Of a stretch of DNA of 64,000 nt, positions 25,050 to 38,765 are shown piece by piece. Source of the DNA: Octopus sinensis. Taxonomy: Eukaryota. How positions within the stretch are numbered: position 1 is the stretch's first letter; each line of letters starts with the position of its first letter. The stretch is taken from contig NC_042997.1 in assembly GCF_006345805.1 (NCBI RefSeq), forward strand, positions 181,102,001 through 181,166,000. Reading direction: 5' to 3'. Both the position numbers and the translations under genes were made by a program. The notes beneath the pieces were generated by a model. It saw only the letters and a list, made by a program, of their open reading frames with translations. It had not been told where the DNA came from and searched no databases.

Positions 25050-25590
25050 TTGAGTGAGAGTGCAGTGCATGCCATCAAAGTGACACTGAGGTAAAATATA
25101 CGAAGCCCAGTATACCCATCATGACTACCCGTTTGATAAGGGTACACCAGGCACATGCATCACAACCATATGTTCGCGACATGGTGATTTCATATCAAGA
25201 TAAACAGCGCATGACCTTTCAGGTGGGGCCCAGTTAGAATTTTCTTCTGGTCGAGTAGCCCATCCCGCTCAAAAGGTCCCTGAATAAGGATTGTTTAAGG
25301 ATGTTGAACGAACTACCCATGTTTCAAAGGTGAATTATTCAAACCTCTAAGAATTCCTTTCAGCACACGGCTATGATGCTCCCACACTACTTCTGCTTGT
25401 GATCAGAGATGCACATATCGTCAGCCACTAAGGGACATGATCAACTGGATCAGGTCAAACAACTGACAAGCAAATATGTGTTATTGAGCAGAATATTTGC
25501 TGTAGCCCATCTGATAGCCCATCTGATAAGGGTACACCAGGCACATGGGCGCTACATAGTGATTCCATATCAAGATAGACTACGTAGACT
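25050..25590 (-). mobile_element. Interspersed retroposon/LINE 3' UTR-like repeat abutting an (ACT)n/(AAT)n tail
   Basis: Non-coding; internal direct repeat TGATAAGGGTACACCAGGCACATG at ~25134 and ~25524; family assignment is from recall. Confidence 0.45.
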
Positions 25591-26435
25591 AGCACCCAAT
25601 GAATTCCTCTAAAGAAATGGTTATATTACTCCTCTTCTACTCCTGCTCGTGATCAGATTCTCTGATACACAATGCTGTGATAAAACAGTGACAAGAAAAG
25701 CTACTACATGGACAATATTAGAAACATCTAAATACGGAAGAAAAAATAAAATGATTCCTAATACTTACCGAGATGTATAGGATTCAACGCAGTGACAGAA
25801 TGTTTCTTGATGGTGGCGACGCAAGACTAAAGCCTCCACACCAGAAAGTGCTACAGATAAATAATATTTTCTACTATAGGCACAAGGCCTGAAATTTGTG
25901 GGGCCGGTGTTTCACTGGCAATTTATCGACCGCAAAAGGATGACATGGCTAACTAAAACAAATACTGTTGTCAATGACCACCAGCAAAAGAAATGAATCC
26001 TCATCGACAGAAGAAAATCTATCTCGAAAGAAATAGAGAAATTTGCCAAATATAGACCCGGAAATACAGATAACCTGCAATTAACGTCTGCAAAAAAAGT
26101 CCCTACAATGATAAATATTTGGGGAATTATCAAATAATATTTTTTTTAAATGCATAACCGAGACCCCAGCATTCCAAATATTTGTAGTACACACAGTTAT
26201 GCACTGCACAATTCTTACATAGCGTAATTTGGGTCAATGTTTTTTAAAAATCGCATAATTCTGCGCACATACTGAACATCTTGCTCGTATATTGAACATC
26301 TGCAATAATTCAAACGGAAGAGTGTTTCTCTAAACCAGATAAACGTTATTATATTTATATTACACACATACACACAGGCACACATATAGACACGCTCACA
26401 CATATAGACACGCTCACACATATACACACGTATAT

Positions 26436-26472
<37 letters not shown>

Positions 26473-27028
26473 ACCACAAACGCACACACACAAATATATC
26501 TACATTACATATGTAGATAGGCAAGTAGATTCATAAAAAAGATAGATCTACACATATATGTACATATATAAACATAGATTACGTATACCTCGATATAGAT
26601 GTGTGTGTGTGTGTGTGTATGTGTGTACATACGCACGCACATAGATATAGATGTGTGCGTGTATGTATGTCTATCATACTTTTCATGTGTTCCATCTGAA
26701 ATCGATGTGATGACAATGAAAGTAAAAAGACGCATTATTAGTGAAAAAAATATTAAATTTTTCATCCTTTTATTTTGGAGATATCAGACACCTGAATCGT
26801 CTGACAAATGAAGGTGCAAAAGTTTGATTTTTTTTTTATATCTTTCATTGTTTCTTTTAGATATATTATTTTAATTGCACTCTGTAGCTTTTTACAACGG
26901 TTCAGACATACGCTCTGTAATCATTTCTTTTTCTTTCATCGAAATCGACCGAAAAAAGATAACACTTGAAATTTTATTTTTACTTATGTATATGTATATA
27001 TATATATATATGTTATATATATATATAT

Positions 27029-27062
<34 letters not shown>

Positions 27063-27371
27063 ATATATATATATATATATACTTATATACATACATATAT
27101 ATATATACATGTGTAAGCCGTATGTGAATGGATATATATATATGCACATACACCCACACACATATATATACATATGTGTATGTGAGTACACGCGTGCGTG
27201 TGTGTGTTTGTGTGTGTGTGCGCGCGCATAATTTCATTTTATCAGAAACACACAGATACGTTATTTGTAATATTCAATAATCATTAACTTCTTAATGTAT
27301 TGTGATGAAAGTCTTTCAGTATAATACATGCGACTGATATATATGTATACGCATATATTTATGTATGTCAT

Positions 27372-27517
27372 ACATACATACATACATACATACATACATA
27401 CATACATACATACATACATACATGCATACATACATACATACATACATACATACATACATACATACATACATACATACATACATAATACATACATACATAC
27501 ATACATACATACATACA

Positions 27518-27551
<34 letters not shown>

Positions 27552-27565
27552 CATACATACATACG
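27372..27565. repeat. (TACA)n tetranucleotide microsatellite
   Basis: Direct reading. Confidence 0.95.
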
Positions 27566-28032
27566 TAAGTACATACACACACATATATAAAGGGTGAACT
27601 GGTGGAACACTTGTTGCCAAACATACAGAAAAGTACGCAATACATTTCAACTTATCTCATTTTCTTCACCCAATTATTTTTGTGATGGTCGTATAGAAGC
27701 AGAGTCCTCACAGAGTCCTGCGCGAAGCAACCTTTGAGAATCAACCGTCTTTAATTGATTCAGCATGACCCCCAAACGAAATCAGCGAAGGTCATGGAGA
27801 AAATTACTAAACTGGTGACTGACGAGAATAAGACCAACAAAAACTGGTGGCAGTATGATTAGAAACAGGAAAAGTGTTCACAAAGCTTGCATATATAATT
27901 AGAAACGTAAGTTTCATGGAAATTTTCCCTGTGTCATAAAATGTGTTAGCTTCCTCTTGAATACCCAGGCTTGCTCGAAATCAGAGCAATGATATACATA
28001 TTCAAAATCGTGGATTTAGCTTTTCGATTATA

Positions 28033-28544
28033 TCTATATTTATAAAACTGTAGTTGTGTGAGTGTCTGTCCCCTTCGATTTAGATTCCTAACTATTCCCA
28101 CATTTTGCGGTGCAGTTTAACCAAATTCGGGTATCTTATAGTCGTGATTCATATCAAGCCCGTCTGAGTATTAGCGCGCGTCTACGATGAGTCTACGATT
28201 TTAAAAATAATTTAACATCATTTTTTATTCCATTTTAATGCATAATTTTTCGTGTGTCGATGGCGGCGGAGTTGGCGTCCATGGTCACACCTGCACCTGT
28301 TTGCTTCTCCCCCTTCTTCCCTCCCTCGTGAAGCTGTGGGAAGGGAGTGTAAGGAAATCAACGTCGTAAAGCGTTGTCAAGGAGACCAGCGTTCTTTTAG
28401 AACAACGACTTCATGGCTTGAAGACACCAAAACAGAAATGGCTAAGAAAGCCTAAATTGGCATCTATAAGGGAAGTAACTCTCTAAAAATGCTTATATAG
28501 TTATTTCCCTTACAAACCCGAGCAACGCCGGGCGATACTGCTAG
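28033..28544 (+). mobile_element. Non-autonomous Helitron
   Basis: 5' TC after A; 3' hairpin CCCGAGCAACGCCGGG then CTAG before T; homologous to 35379-35765. Confidence 0.88.
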
Positions 28545-29309
28545 TTATATATACAATACAGAAATTTAAGTGTTGTGTATACAATATAGTAATTTTCTCT
28601 CATTATTTATGTACATTGAAGATTTTGCATTTCAATGGTTACTCAGACATACGCATGTGCATGCACTCAAACACGCGCGCTTAGACATGCATACATACAC
28701 ACGCGCGCTCACACATTCAGACACACGCACACATGCATGCGATCATAGAGATTTGTTAGGGAAACTGAGTTGGTGGAAATTACTTGGAAGCCAGTGGGAT
28801 TGGCTACACTTGTAATTTAAAAGGCCAACAGTGACCCTGCACTGTCATACTCATTCTGCACGTACTTCAAAGCTACAAATCTTTGCAGAATGCTCAGCAG
28901 CATGAAATATAATTTAATGGATAGTAATCAGTTCCGCTAGAAGAAAATTTGTCATCAAATCAGATGGCTCCGTATAAATTGCGTTGAATCCCCTTGGTTG
29001 GAGTGTAAGCATTCATTTTGAATACAGGTGAATTCATGGCGTACATAGTTCATTGGAACATTACTCTGAACGTTGCTAAGTCGATGTCGATGGTAGAGTC
29101 CATTATATGCGTGTGTATGCGTGCATCTAAATATATGTGCATATGCATATGTATATGTGTGTGTGTATGTGTGTGCCTGCCTCTCTCGTTTTCTCTCTCT
29201 CTCTTTCTTTCTCTTTCTCTCTCTCTCTCTATCTATCTCTTCTTTCGCATACATACATACATATATACATACATACATTTCGTTTTCGTGCTGCTCATTT
29301 TAAGGTCTA

Positions 29310-29590
29310 CTGATAAGCTATGAGTGTCAAGCTCAACATGGTCTGCAGCTAGTCTGTGTTTTTAGTGATAAGTACAATGTCGTCTGCGAATCGGAGGTGT
29401 GTTAGCTGTTCGTCATTCATATTCGCACCTCGTGTCCAGTCAATATTCCGGTTGAATATTTCTAGACATGCGGTAAAGAGCTTTGCAGAGACGGTGTTTC
29501 TTTGCTTAACACCCTTCCCAATTGGAACCTTTACTGGTGGTGATACCAGAGATATATAGATTGTGCGTTCAGAGTTTGCATCTATGTGAA
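29310..29590 (-). pseudogene. RTE-clade LINE RT fragment
   Basis: KGVKQRNTVSAKLFTACLE...LTHLRFADDIVLI. Confidence 0.8.
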
Positions 29591-29679
29591 GTTTAAACTA
29601 TTGTATCTCAACACCTTATATTTCCAGGGATTTCAACACTACCTTCATCTCGACAATACCGAAAGTCTTTTCGTAATTG

Positions 29680-29955
29680 ACAAAAGAAGCCCATCGTGGG
29701 TGTGGGTGTTTCTGTGTATGTGTGTATGTGTATATCTGTGTTTGTGTGTGAGTATTGTCTTTGTATCTGTGTCCCCCACCACTGCTTCAGAACCGGCGTT
29801 AGCGTATTTATGTCCGCCTAACTTAGCTGTTCCACAAAAGGACCAATAAGTAACACGCTTTAAAAAGATAAGTACTGGGGTTGATTCGTTCAACTAAAAT
29901 TCTTCAAGGTTGTGTCCCAACATGGCCACAGTCTAATGATTGAAGCAAGTAAAAA
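29680..29955 (+). mobile_element. Diverged, 5'-truncated octopus-type SINE variant
   Basis: AAAGAAGCCCATCG + (TG)n + TAACTTAGC...ATAAGTACTGGGGTTGATT...CATGGCCACAGTC. Confidence 0.65.
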
Positions 29956-30186
29956 TTTTTACGTTTCGAGAGATTGTCCTCACAATGTTAGGAGATGGTG
30001 TGAGATGAATTTTTATGAATCTCCACCTACAAATTATTATAGATTTGTGAATGGAGAAAACGTTTGTGGGCGCGAATTATTTCGTCTCCTAGGCAGTTAC
30101 TTAATTCAAGAATACATTTGTGACCCACTAAATAGTCTTGTTTCTCTGAATCATTATTAATTGACAGAAATTTTATTTAAACAATA

Positions 30187-30391
30187 CAGTAATTCCTCGA
30201 CTATCGCGGGTGTTACTTTCCAAAATTCCCACAGAAATAATTAAAATATTTAAAAAATATAAATATCTATCGGCCGCAGAAACCCGGGTATACTGAGGAG
30301 TCTGCGCTATAAATTTACATATCTTAGCCAGAAAAATCCGTGATGTACTGAGTGCGCGATAGGAAAACCGCGATATGGCGTGCGATTACAG
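30187..30391. mobile_element. Tigger/pogo-like MITE
   Basis: TA-CAGTAATTCCTCGACTATCGCGG ... CCGCGATATGGCGTGCGATTACAG-TA imperfect TIRs. Confidence 0.65.
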
Positions 30392-30859
30392 TAACTTGTT
30401 CTTGGACTGTTCTAGGACAGACGTTTCAGTACTAATGATCCCAAAGTAACATTAAAAAATTAATCAGAAATATTATGAAGATGAATATTGTCAAAATTAC
30501 TGGTTGTTTTACTATTTATAATTCCATTAGAGGCTTGACGAGTTACGATGGAACAGCAGTATTATTGGACTAAGAATCAATTAACGCTGCTTGATTACAA
30601 CCACATTAAGACATTATTCGTTATCTTCATCATATAGACACGTCGCTATTGCATATCATTTCAACTCTACCTATATAGTTTATCAGGTGTCAAAAGAAAA
30701 TTCATTAGCTGTATCTTTGCCACGATGTCGTGTGTCTATGTCCTTTAAGTAGTTCAGCTGTCAAGTAATTTATGAATCATGAATCTTTAATTTATATCTT
30801 CATCTGCAACCTTAACCTCATCAATTTCATTATTTTTTCTGAAGTTTTAAACTTTTTCT

Positions 30860-31490
30860 GCTATTTCAAAATAATCCATCCTTCCGGGTTCCCATCATTA
30901 GAACTAATGATGGGAACCCGTTCTTGGATTGCAAACGCATATTTTTCAAAGTCGGAAGTAATAATCCGGCATGATAAACTGCTTTGATAATCGATGTTAC
31001 TAGCATCACGGAGCTTTCTACTGACATATCCATGCATAGCATTCTGCTCATATAGATTCATACTTCCATCCGATGATACGTTGCGATAGAGTCGTACGAC
31101 TTCTTTGGGCATGTATTCTAGGTTATCAGGCAAAAAGTGTTGCAGAACGAGCTGCCTTCCAAGTCATATGATGTTATCAGCCTCATGCATGCAAACTTGG
31201 TCAAGGGATGCATTTCGACAGTTGGTGGCTCGATGTTGCCGATGGGATATGATGCGACGTTTATTAATGTTAAGCCTCTGCCGCCTTGTTTTCGTTTTAG
31301 GTAGTGGCGGTCTACGCCACTGTTTATGTGGAAATTATGTATGCTGGTAAGTATTTTTCGGGTTTTCACATCAATGGCACGTATTTTATCAAGCGTCTAA
31401 TCAAGCAGCCCAAATGTTGGTATGTGTACTGGCACTGCAAACACATTTTTGGCTACTGTTTTATTGAACGCAGAGAGTTCTGAAGTTCAA
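30860..31490 (-). pseudogene. R4/Dong-type LINE fragment (RT thumb region)
   Basis: IDVKTRKILTSIHNFHINSGVDRHYLKRKQGGRGL; MHGY...FEKYAFAIQE. Confidence 0.8.
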
Positions 31491-31574
31491 ATTCGGCTGT
31501 AATATTTTTTAGTGACACGTATTTTGTTATAGATGCCATTGAAAGATATATTTTCATCCAGCTCTAGATACCTG

Positions 31575-31855
31575 TATGTATGTATGTATGTATATATGTA
31601 TGTATGTATGCTTGTATGTATGTATGTATGTATGATTGTATGTATGTATGTATGCATGTATGTATGTATGTATGTATGTATGTATGTATGTATGTATGCT
31701 TGTATGTATGTATGTATGATTGTATGTATGTATGTATGCTTGTATGTATGTATGATTGTATGTATGTATGTATGCATGTATGTATGTATGTATGTATGTA
31801 TGTATGTATGTATGTATGTATGTATGCTTGCATGTATGCATGCATGTATGTATGT
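31575..31855. repeat. (TATG)n microsatellite
   Basis: Direct reading. Confidence 0.95.
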
Positions 31856-32029
31856 TTAGATGAATTATCTCTTCCATTTTTTAATTATTTGAAGTTATCC
31901 TGTAGGGAAATAGAAAGCTCTGTGTTTGGAATGTAGATAACAAAAACAAATTGACACACTGAACTGGTGAATATCTTACATATTGTCACTATTCTGCTTA
32001 CAGGTTGTATTTGTAATGTTCATATTAAC

Positions 32030-32115
32030 AGGATGGTTTGTTTTTCGAAAACCCTAGCTTTTCCAAATCGACATTTAGGCATTTACTAATAAAACCAAGT
32101 GCACCAATTATTATT
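32030..32115 (-). pseudogene. R4/Dong endonuclease C-terminal scrap
   Basis: IPIIIGALGFISKCL. Confidence 0.5.
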
Positions 32116-32792
32116 GGTATATATGTGAATGTATGTATTCTATGTATATGAGTAAATGTGTGTGTATGTGTGTGTATATGTGTGTGTATGCGTGTGTGTT
32201 TGTACATAGTGAGAGACACACACAGTATCGATTTTCTCGATATTACGTCCATAAACAATTTTATCTTACTGATATCTTCTGAAGGAATCATAAGTTTGAA
32301 GAAGTAATGTCGGTAGATTTTACGAGTATAAGTTGGTATACACGCTGAATTTGAAATGTATACAGGAATATCGATTGCGAAGTAAAACCAGATAAGATAA
32401 AACATGTCCAATTTACCTTAGCACTTCTGCTATTCACATACAGATATTATTTCCATTATACCCGTTTGTCTAAGAAATTACATAACTAAGTGTATAAGAC
32501 ATCGCAATAACACTTCACATGTCTTACGTTTCAAACTTCTACAAGTATTTTATAATCTTTCTGAGAACTTAGTCAAGCAGTCAAGATCAATTAGCAGTAT
32601 GTTTTTTTAATTTTTTTTTTTTTCGGAAACATTATTTGATTTTCCTTTCTTATCAAAACAAGGTAACTATAATATTACTCCAGCGCATCTTTCCTCCGAA
32701 AATCTTGTACATATTTCAAATAGAACTTTTAAGGAATACCGTAAAAATAAATGCTTCAGAATCAATGGTATTTTATTATTAACTTTTATTTT

Positions 32793-33015
32793 AAGTTGCG
32801 GAGCTGTTAGAGTCGTTAGTGCGCCGAACAAAATGCTTGAAGGCATTTCACCTGTCTTTAGAATTTCAGGTCAAATTCCGCCAAGGTCCACATAGCTTTT
32901 CATTCTTTCGGGGTCGATGAAATAAGTACCTGTTGATTATTGGAGTCGACATAATCGACTAGACCTCTCCCCGTAAAATTTCAGGCTTTATACCTATAGT
33001 ACAAAGCTTTATTAA
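32793..33015 (+). mobile_element. tRNA-derived SINE with Nin/Deu-like domain
   Basis: CAAATTCCGCCAAGGTC..GCTTTTCATTCTTTCGGGGTCGATGAAATAAGTACC. Confidence 0.7.
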
Positions 33016-33158
33016 CTGTTATTGCTTGTCTTAGATCAGTTCCGATCAAATCCTTGACCATTGTATTTAGCCATAGTATATCTAGGAATCATATTATTCA
33101 GTGGGTGGTTCTCTTTTTTTAACATTCAAATATTATCGTAATTATTTTGATTAATTAT

Positions 33159-33584
33159 AGGCGTAGGAGTGGCTGTATGGTAAGTAGCTTGCTTACCAAC
33201 CACATGGTTCCGGGTTCAGTCCCACTGCGTGGCACCTTGGGCAAGTGTCATCTACTATAAGCCTCGGGCCGACCAAAGCCTTGTGAGTGGATTTGGTAGA
33301 CGGAGACTGAAAGAAGCCCATCGTATATATGTATATATATATATATATATGTATGTGCATGTGTGTGTATATGTTTGTGCGTCTGTGTTTGTCCTACCAA
33401 CATCGCTTGACAACCGATGCTGGTGTGTTTGCGTCCCCGTAACTTTGCGGTTCGGCAAAAGAGACCGATACAATAAGTACTAGGCTTACAAAGAATAAGT
33501 CCTGGGGTCGATTTTCTCGACTAAAGGCGGTGCTCTAGCATGGCCGCGGTCACATGACTGAAACAAGTAAAAGAGTAAAAGAGT
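33159..33584 (+). mobile_element. Abundant octopus-type SINE, full length
   Basis: Matches other copies. Confidence 0.92.
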
Positions 33585-33689
33585 AACTATTGTAGCATAT
33601 CTAGAGTAATAACATATAAACGGAGAAATATTTATCTTCGCGATAATTTTTTCTAAAATAGAGTCACAGCCTGAAAACCGGGAGGCTGG

Positions 33690-33795
33690 AGTTAGCCAAT
33701 TAAATTGACCCTAGTGATTGGCTTGTACTCTATTTTGTGGACGCTGAAAAAATGGAAAACAAAGTTGATCACGTCAAGGTTTAAATTCAGAACGT
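33690..33795 (-). mobile_element. Diverged Nin-domain SINE fragment
   Basis: Minus strand ACGTTCTGAATTTAAAC...ACTTTGTTTTCCATTTTTCAGCGTCCACAAAATAGAGTAC. Confidence 0.45.
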
Positions 33796-34571
33796 GAAGT
33801 ATTAGAAGATATTTCAAATGATTGTTTCTCATCACGTCCGTATTTATCTCCATAATAATGACCGCGCGTGTCATGTTTACTACAGACGGTGAATTAAATG
33901 ACTCTACTGGGTGTCAAACAAATGAAAAATGCCTTTCGGCGTAATACTTGTTCCAGCTGTTTTCGTGGTACTTGTTCTAATACGACCATTCATTGTGGTA
34001 AAATATACTTGTCGAAGTTACCGTGAGATTGAACCTGAAGTCTTACTTAATCATATGAACATAGCGTTTGACCAAGCATCAGAGCCACAATACTATAAGT
34101 TACTGAAAATATGATTTTCTATTAAGAGAATATTTTATATTTGTCTAGCTTCAATTGATTATGAAGATATTTTCTTTCTCCTACGAGTTCATTTGTTTGT
34201 TTATATTGGCTTCCAAATCAAGTAATATACATTATATAATAAATACATAATGTAAATGTAGAAATATTAATTCGGGTAAATGAATATACATACATACATA
34301 TATGCATGTATGTGTGTGTGTGTGTGTGTAGCTAGAAGAAGTACAAAACTTAAAATTGGTGTTTTGAATGAATTTACTACACACGTTTTGTTGCAGTTAT
34401 GTAATATTACCTTTGATACTTCAATCGACATTTCAATGTGTATAGCTGTATATGCGTGTGTGTATACGCACACACACACACACACGCACACACACATACA
34501 TATATATATAATATACATACAAATATATATATATGTATACATATATATACACATATATACATATATATATA

Positions 34572-34625
<54 letters not shown>

Positions 34626-35378
34626 GTATATATCTATATACATATATATATATATATGAATATATATATATATACATTATATATATATATACATATATAT
34701 ATACCTATATATATATATATAATATATATATAATATGTATATATATAATATATGTATATATATATACATACATACATACACATATATACATTGATGTTTA
34801 TGTAAACTGAATGAAAATTTCCAGCAAAAATATTCGACACCAACCGATTAATGTAATTCTCAAGTAATCAATTACATTATAAACGAAATTACTTCGTAGA
34901 ATAACTTTCGCTGACAACAGCAATTGTAATATGTTTTATTGAAACTGGCACCAGAAGGTAAGGGAAACGAAATAGATTCAGCTCTAGTAAGCACCTCCTT
35001 ATGCACGCGTATGTGGTGTGTGAGTGTATATGAGTATGTGTCTGTCTGTGCGTATCAACTGCGGTTTCATACCAATATTCGCCCTACTTTTCGCTGAGGT
35101 TCTTATAGGCATTCAGCTGGTCTTATAGGCATTCATTGATGAAAAAATGATTTAGTATAAATTGGTTAGTCATGGTTACCATTAGTTTTATATGCAGGCT
35201 CATGTGCCTGACCACAGTATACTAACCGGAACAAGAGCTATCAACTTTTCAATGCCGTTTGATGAAGTGAATCTAGAGAGAAGTAAATGCTTGTCATAAA
35301 GCCTGCATAAATAAATCACTCTAGTGTCGTCCTTCTTTGCACTGCAGAAAAATACTACATAGTCACACAAAATATATA

Positions 35379-35765
35379 TCTTTATATATAAAAGTCAAGT
35401 TGTGTGTCTGTCTCCTACGACTTAGATTCCTAACTACTCCCACATTTTGCAGTGCAGTTTAACCAAAACCGGGTATCTTATAGTCGTGATTCATATCAAG
35501 CCCTTCTGGGTATTAGCGCGCGTCTACGATGAGTCTACGATTTCAAAAAAATTTTGCCATCATTTTTTTCCATTTTAATGCATTTTTTCGCTATTATATA
35601 AGGGAAGTAACTCTCTAAAAATGTCTACGATGAGTCAACGATTTAAAAAAAATTTACCATCATTTTTTTTTCCATTTCTTTGCTATTTTTTGGCTATAAC
35701 TCTCTAAAAATGCTTATATAGTTATTTCCCTTACAAACCCGAGCAACGCCGGGCGATACTGCTAG
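35379..35765 (+). mobile_element. Non-autonomous Helitron (same family as 28033)
   Basis: A|TC start, identical 3' hairpin and CTAG|T end. Confidence 0.88.
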
Positions 35766-35956
35766 TATTCTATAAAAGTAAAATGAGGTTATATCACGAT
35801 GCAGACACCAAGATTAAATTAAATTCACTTACTGGTTCCAACCCCAAACGAGATAAAACGAACGCCAAAAAGTCCACACAGGTAGAAATAAACCTTAGAT
35901 GTATATTTTATGTGTATACAACCGTATACATAAAATTAAGGTTCAAGCATATATAG

Positions 35957-36140
35957 CAGTGGTTTCCAAACTATGAGTCGCAAACCCACAGATGGGTCGC
36001 GAACGGAATCTTAGTGGGTCGCAAAAGTTATAAAATTACGCATTAGCTTTCATTAACTGCTGTCTATCGAGATAGTTCTAGACTTATAAACTGCTGTGAT
36101 AAATAGTGGGTCGCGACTCTAAAAAGTTTGGGAACCACTG
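35957..36140. mobile_element. hAT (Charlie/Buster-like) MITE
   Basis: TIRs CAGTGGTTTCCAAACT / AGTTTGGGAACCACTG and repeated GGGTCGC subterminal motifs; 8-bp TSD not preserved. Confidence 0.75.
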
Positions 36141-36992
36141 ATGCCATACCATACCACCCACCCCGAATACTTCAGCCTGTCTTAAATAAAACCTATACAC
36201 ATAATATACCAACTCAAATGCACATGTGTATGTATAAGCATATATTTCTACAAACATGTAGAAGAAACAGTATACCCATAGATACAAATAAATACCTCCT
36301 CAAAGCAAGACACAAAATTCGATCCCACTCTAAGCAAAATCCCGCTGCAGCTACACTAAACACACTCATACACACGCATATTATGAACATAAGTAACATA
36401 TACTTACTCATTAAAACAAAAACATAAGGGACGAAAGTCATTCGTTCATAAACACACCATTCATTAAAAGCATATCCTTCCACAATAGATATATACTCTT
36501 CATAACTAACATCACTCATAATCACTCATACAGAAACTCACAAGCATTCGCATCATTTTTCTTCAATTTCTATGACCACTGGCAAAGAAAGCACTCATCG
36601 CAGATTTAGACATTAAGATACCAAATCCTGATAACCACAATCAGACGTGCACCATACCAATATAAAGATTTCCTCGGGGGAATATCCAAAAACACAGTTC
36701 TAAAGAAATACAAACTGACACATCCACAAATACACAAAAACGCGTATACATACACAGACACACAGGGAAATACATGCAAGCACACACGCATACAAACAGT
36801 TATCTAGAAACCAAGGCTCATATACGTTCGCCTGAGTACGGGTATATACGTGTATATACATGTACATGTATACACACCCATATCAATGAGTGAATAAAGC
36901 GTAGATGAAGGCTGTTCTTAATTCTTTCTAGAGGCAAATTGGTAATTCTTTTATACTTTCTGTGTGTCCGTAGCAAAGTATCAGCCAGTCAA

Positions 36993-37040
<48 letters not shown>

Positions 37041-37784
37041 GGCATATATATCGACTAAGAAAGACAGAATCGTTCAAGCGTGGTTATTATTCTTTGCTTG
37101 TACGACATTTTCCCTATGTTCTTTTCGATGTTCACTTAGAAAGTATATTGCCTTATAATCCATTTGTATCTCCGGAAAAAAGATGTATCCATATATTTCT
37201 GACTGTAACGATCACAGAATCGCGTATCGATATATTTGTGATCATATCAACTGAACGGAAGAACGCTGTTCAGTAAATGACACACAGGACTTCGCAAGAA
37301 ACATTTAGAATAGCTAATAAATATCAAACTATTTCTTAATCAAATGACAATTACTGCATCATTAATTCGCTCTAAGATATCAACAAGTCAATGTGACCTC
37401 ACAGTGACCTCTACCGGATTGAAGCAAGACAAGGATTAAATCTTACTTCTCATATATACAGGCTCTTGTATAGAGTCTATACTATCTTTCTCGATTCTCT
37501 CTCTCATTCTTCTTTTCTTTCTATCTCTTTGTTTCTCTATCTTTCTCGCTTCACATGCGCTCTCTGAAACGCACAGTCACACAGTTCGATTTATCTCATT
37601 CACGATTTCCCTCGGCTGCTCGTCACTCATTTACCTAGCCATCTCTTGCTTTTCTCGCTTAACTACCTTGTAGTTATTGCATCGCTGTCACTCAACTAAA
37701 GCCGGTGTAGCCAAGAGAAATTAATTCCTTTGTCATCGTCGTCGTTGTCATCACCACCACCACCACTACACCATCATTGTTATC

Positions 37785-37824
<40 letters not shown>

Positions 37825-38351
37825 TCATCACTGTCATTCCTAGTGACTGTTCTGTAAAAATCGATAGCGTCCGCTATAATTACATAATTACATAATTACC
37901 TCACCATCTTTATTATTATTATTATTATTATTATTATGGAAAAAATATTTTTTCTTAATATGTGTTTCATTTGCACATTGTCCACTGGATGCCACCCAGT
38001 CGCCTGAAGTAGACAACGGATATTATATTCATAATATACTTGATAAGTGAATGATGTCGAGAAATGGTAGAACTAGATGAAATTACTTAAGTACATATGA
38101 ATGTTAAATAAAAAAACTCTAAAGAAACTATATGAAATTTACGCTGAGAATACTCTTCGTAAAATGTGCACAATTTCTATTAATGCTAAAATGTTTTATT
38201 TCTTTCAAGCATATCTATGAATTTATCGTTTCCTTCCCTTATCACTCCGAGTATCCCTATAATAACAGGTATCGTGGGGGTTTGCATCTTTCATATTTTG
38301 GCAATCACCATACCTAGGTTTTTGCATTTCTACATTTTATTAAATTCATCA

Positions 38352-38383
<32 letters not shown>

Positions 38384-38385
<2 letters not shown>

Positions 38386-38595
38386 GGCAGAATTGTTAGC
38401 ACGCTACGCGAAATGCTTAACGGTATTTCGTCTGCCGTTACGTTCTGAGTTCAAATTCCGACGAGGTCTACTTTGCCTTTCATCCTTTCGGGGTCGTAAA
38501 AATAAGTACCAGTTAAATACTGGGTCGATGTAATCGACTTATCCCCTCCCTTAAAATGTCAGGCCTTGTGCCTATAGTAGAAAGGAATATTATTA
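38384..38595 (+). mobile_element. Nin-domain SINE, followed by a second head fragment (38621-38686)
   Basis: GAGTTCAAATTCCG..TTTGCCTTTCATCCTTTCGGGGTCG..AATAAGTACCAG. Confidence 0.8.
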
Positions 38596-38699
38596 TCACT
38601 GGAAGGATTATTATTACTGAAAGGCGGTGAGCTTGCAGAATCGTTAGCACGCTGGACGAAATACTTAGCGGTATTTCGACCGTCGCGAAAGATTATTAT

Positions 38700-38701
38700 C
38701 G

Positions 38702-38765
<64 letters not shown>

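Noticed and set aside
33850-34110. Exon-like unique sequence
   Set aside because: The frames I translated hit stops quickly; no recognisable protein motif.
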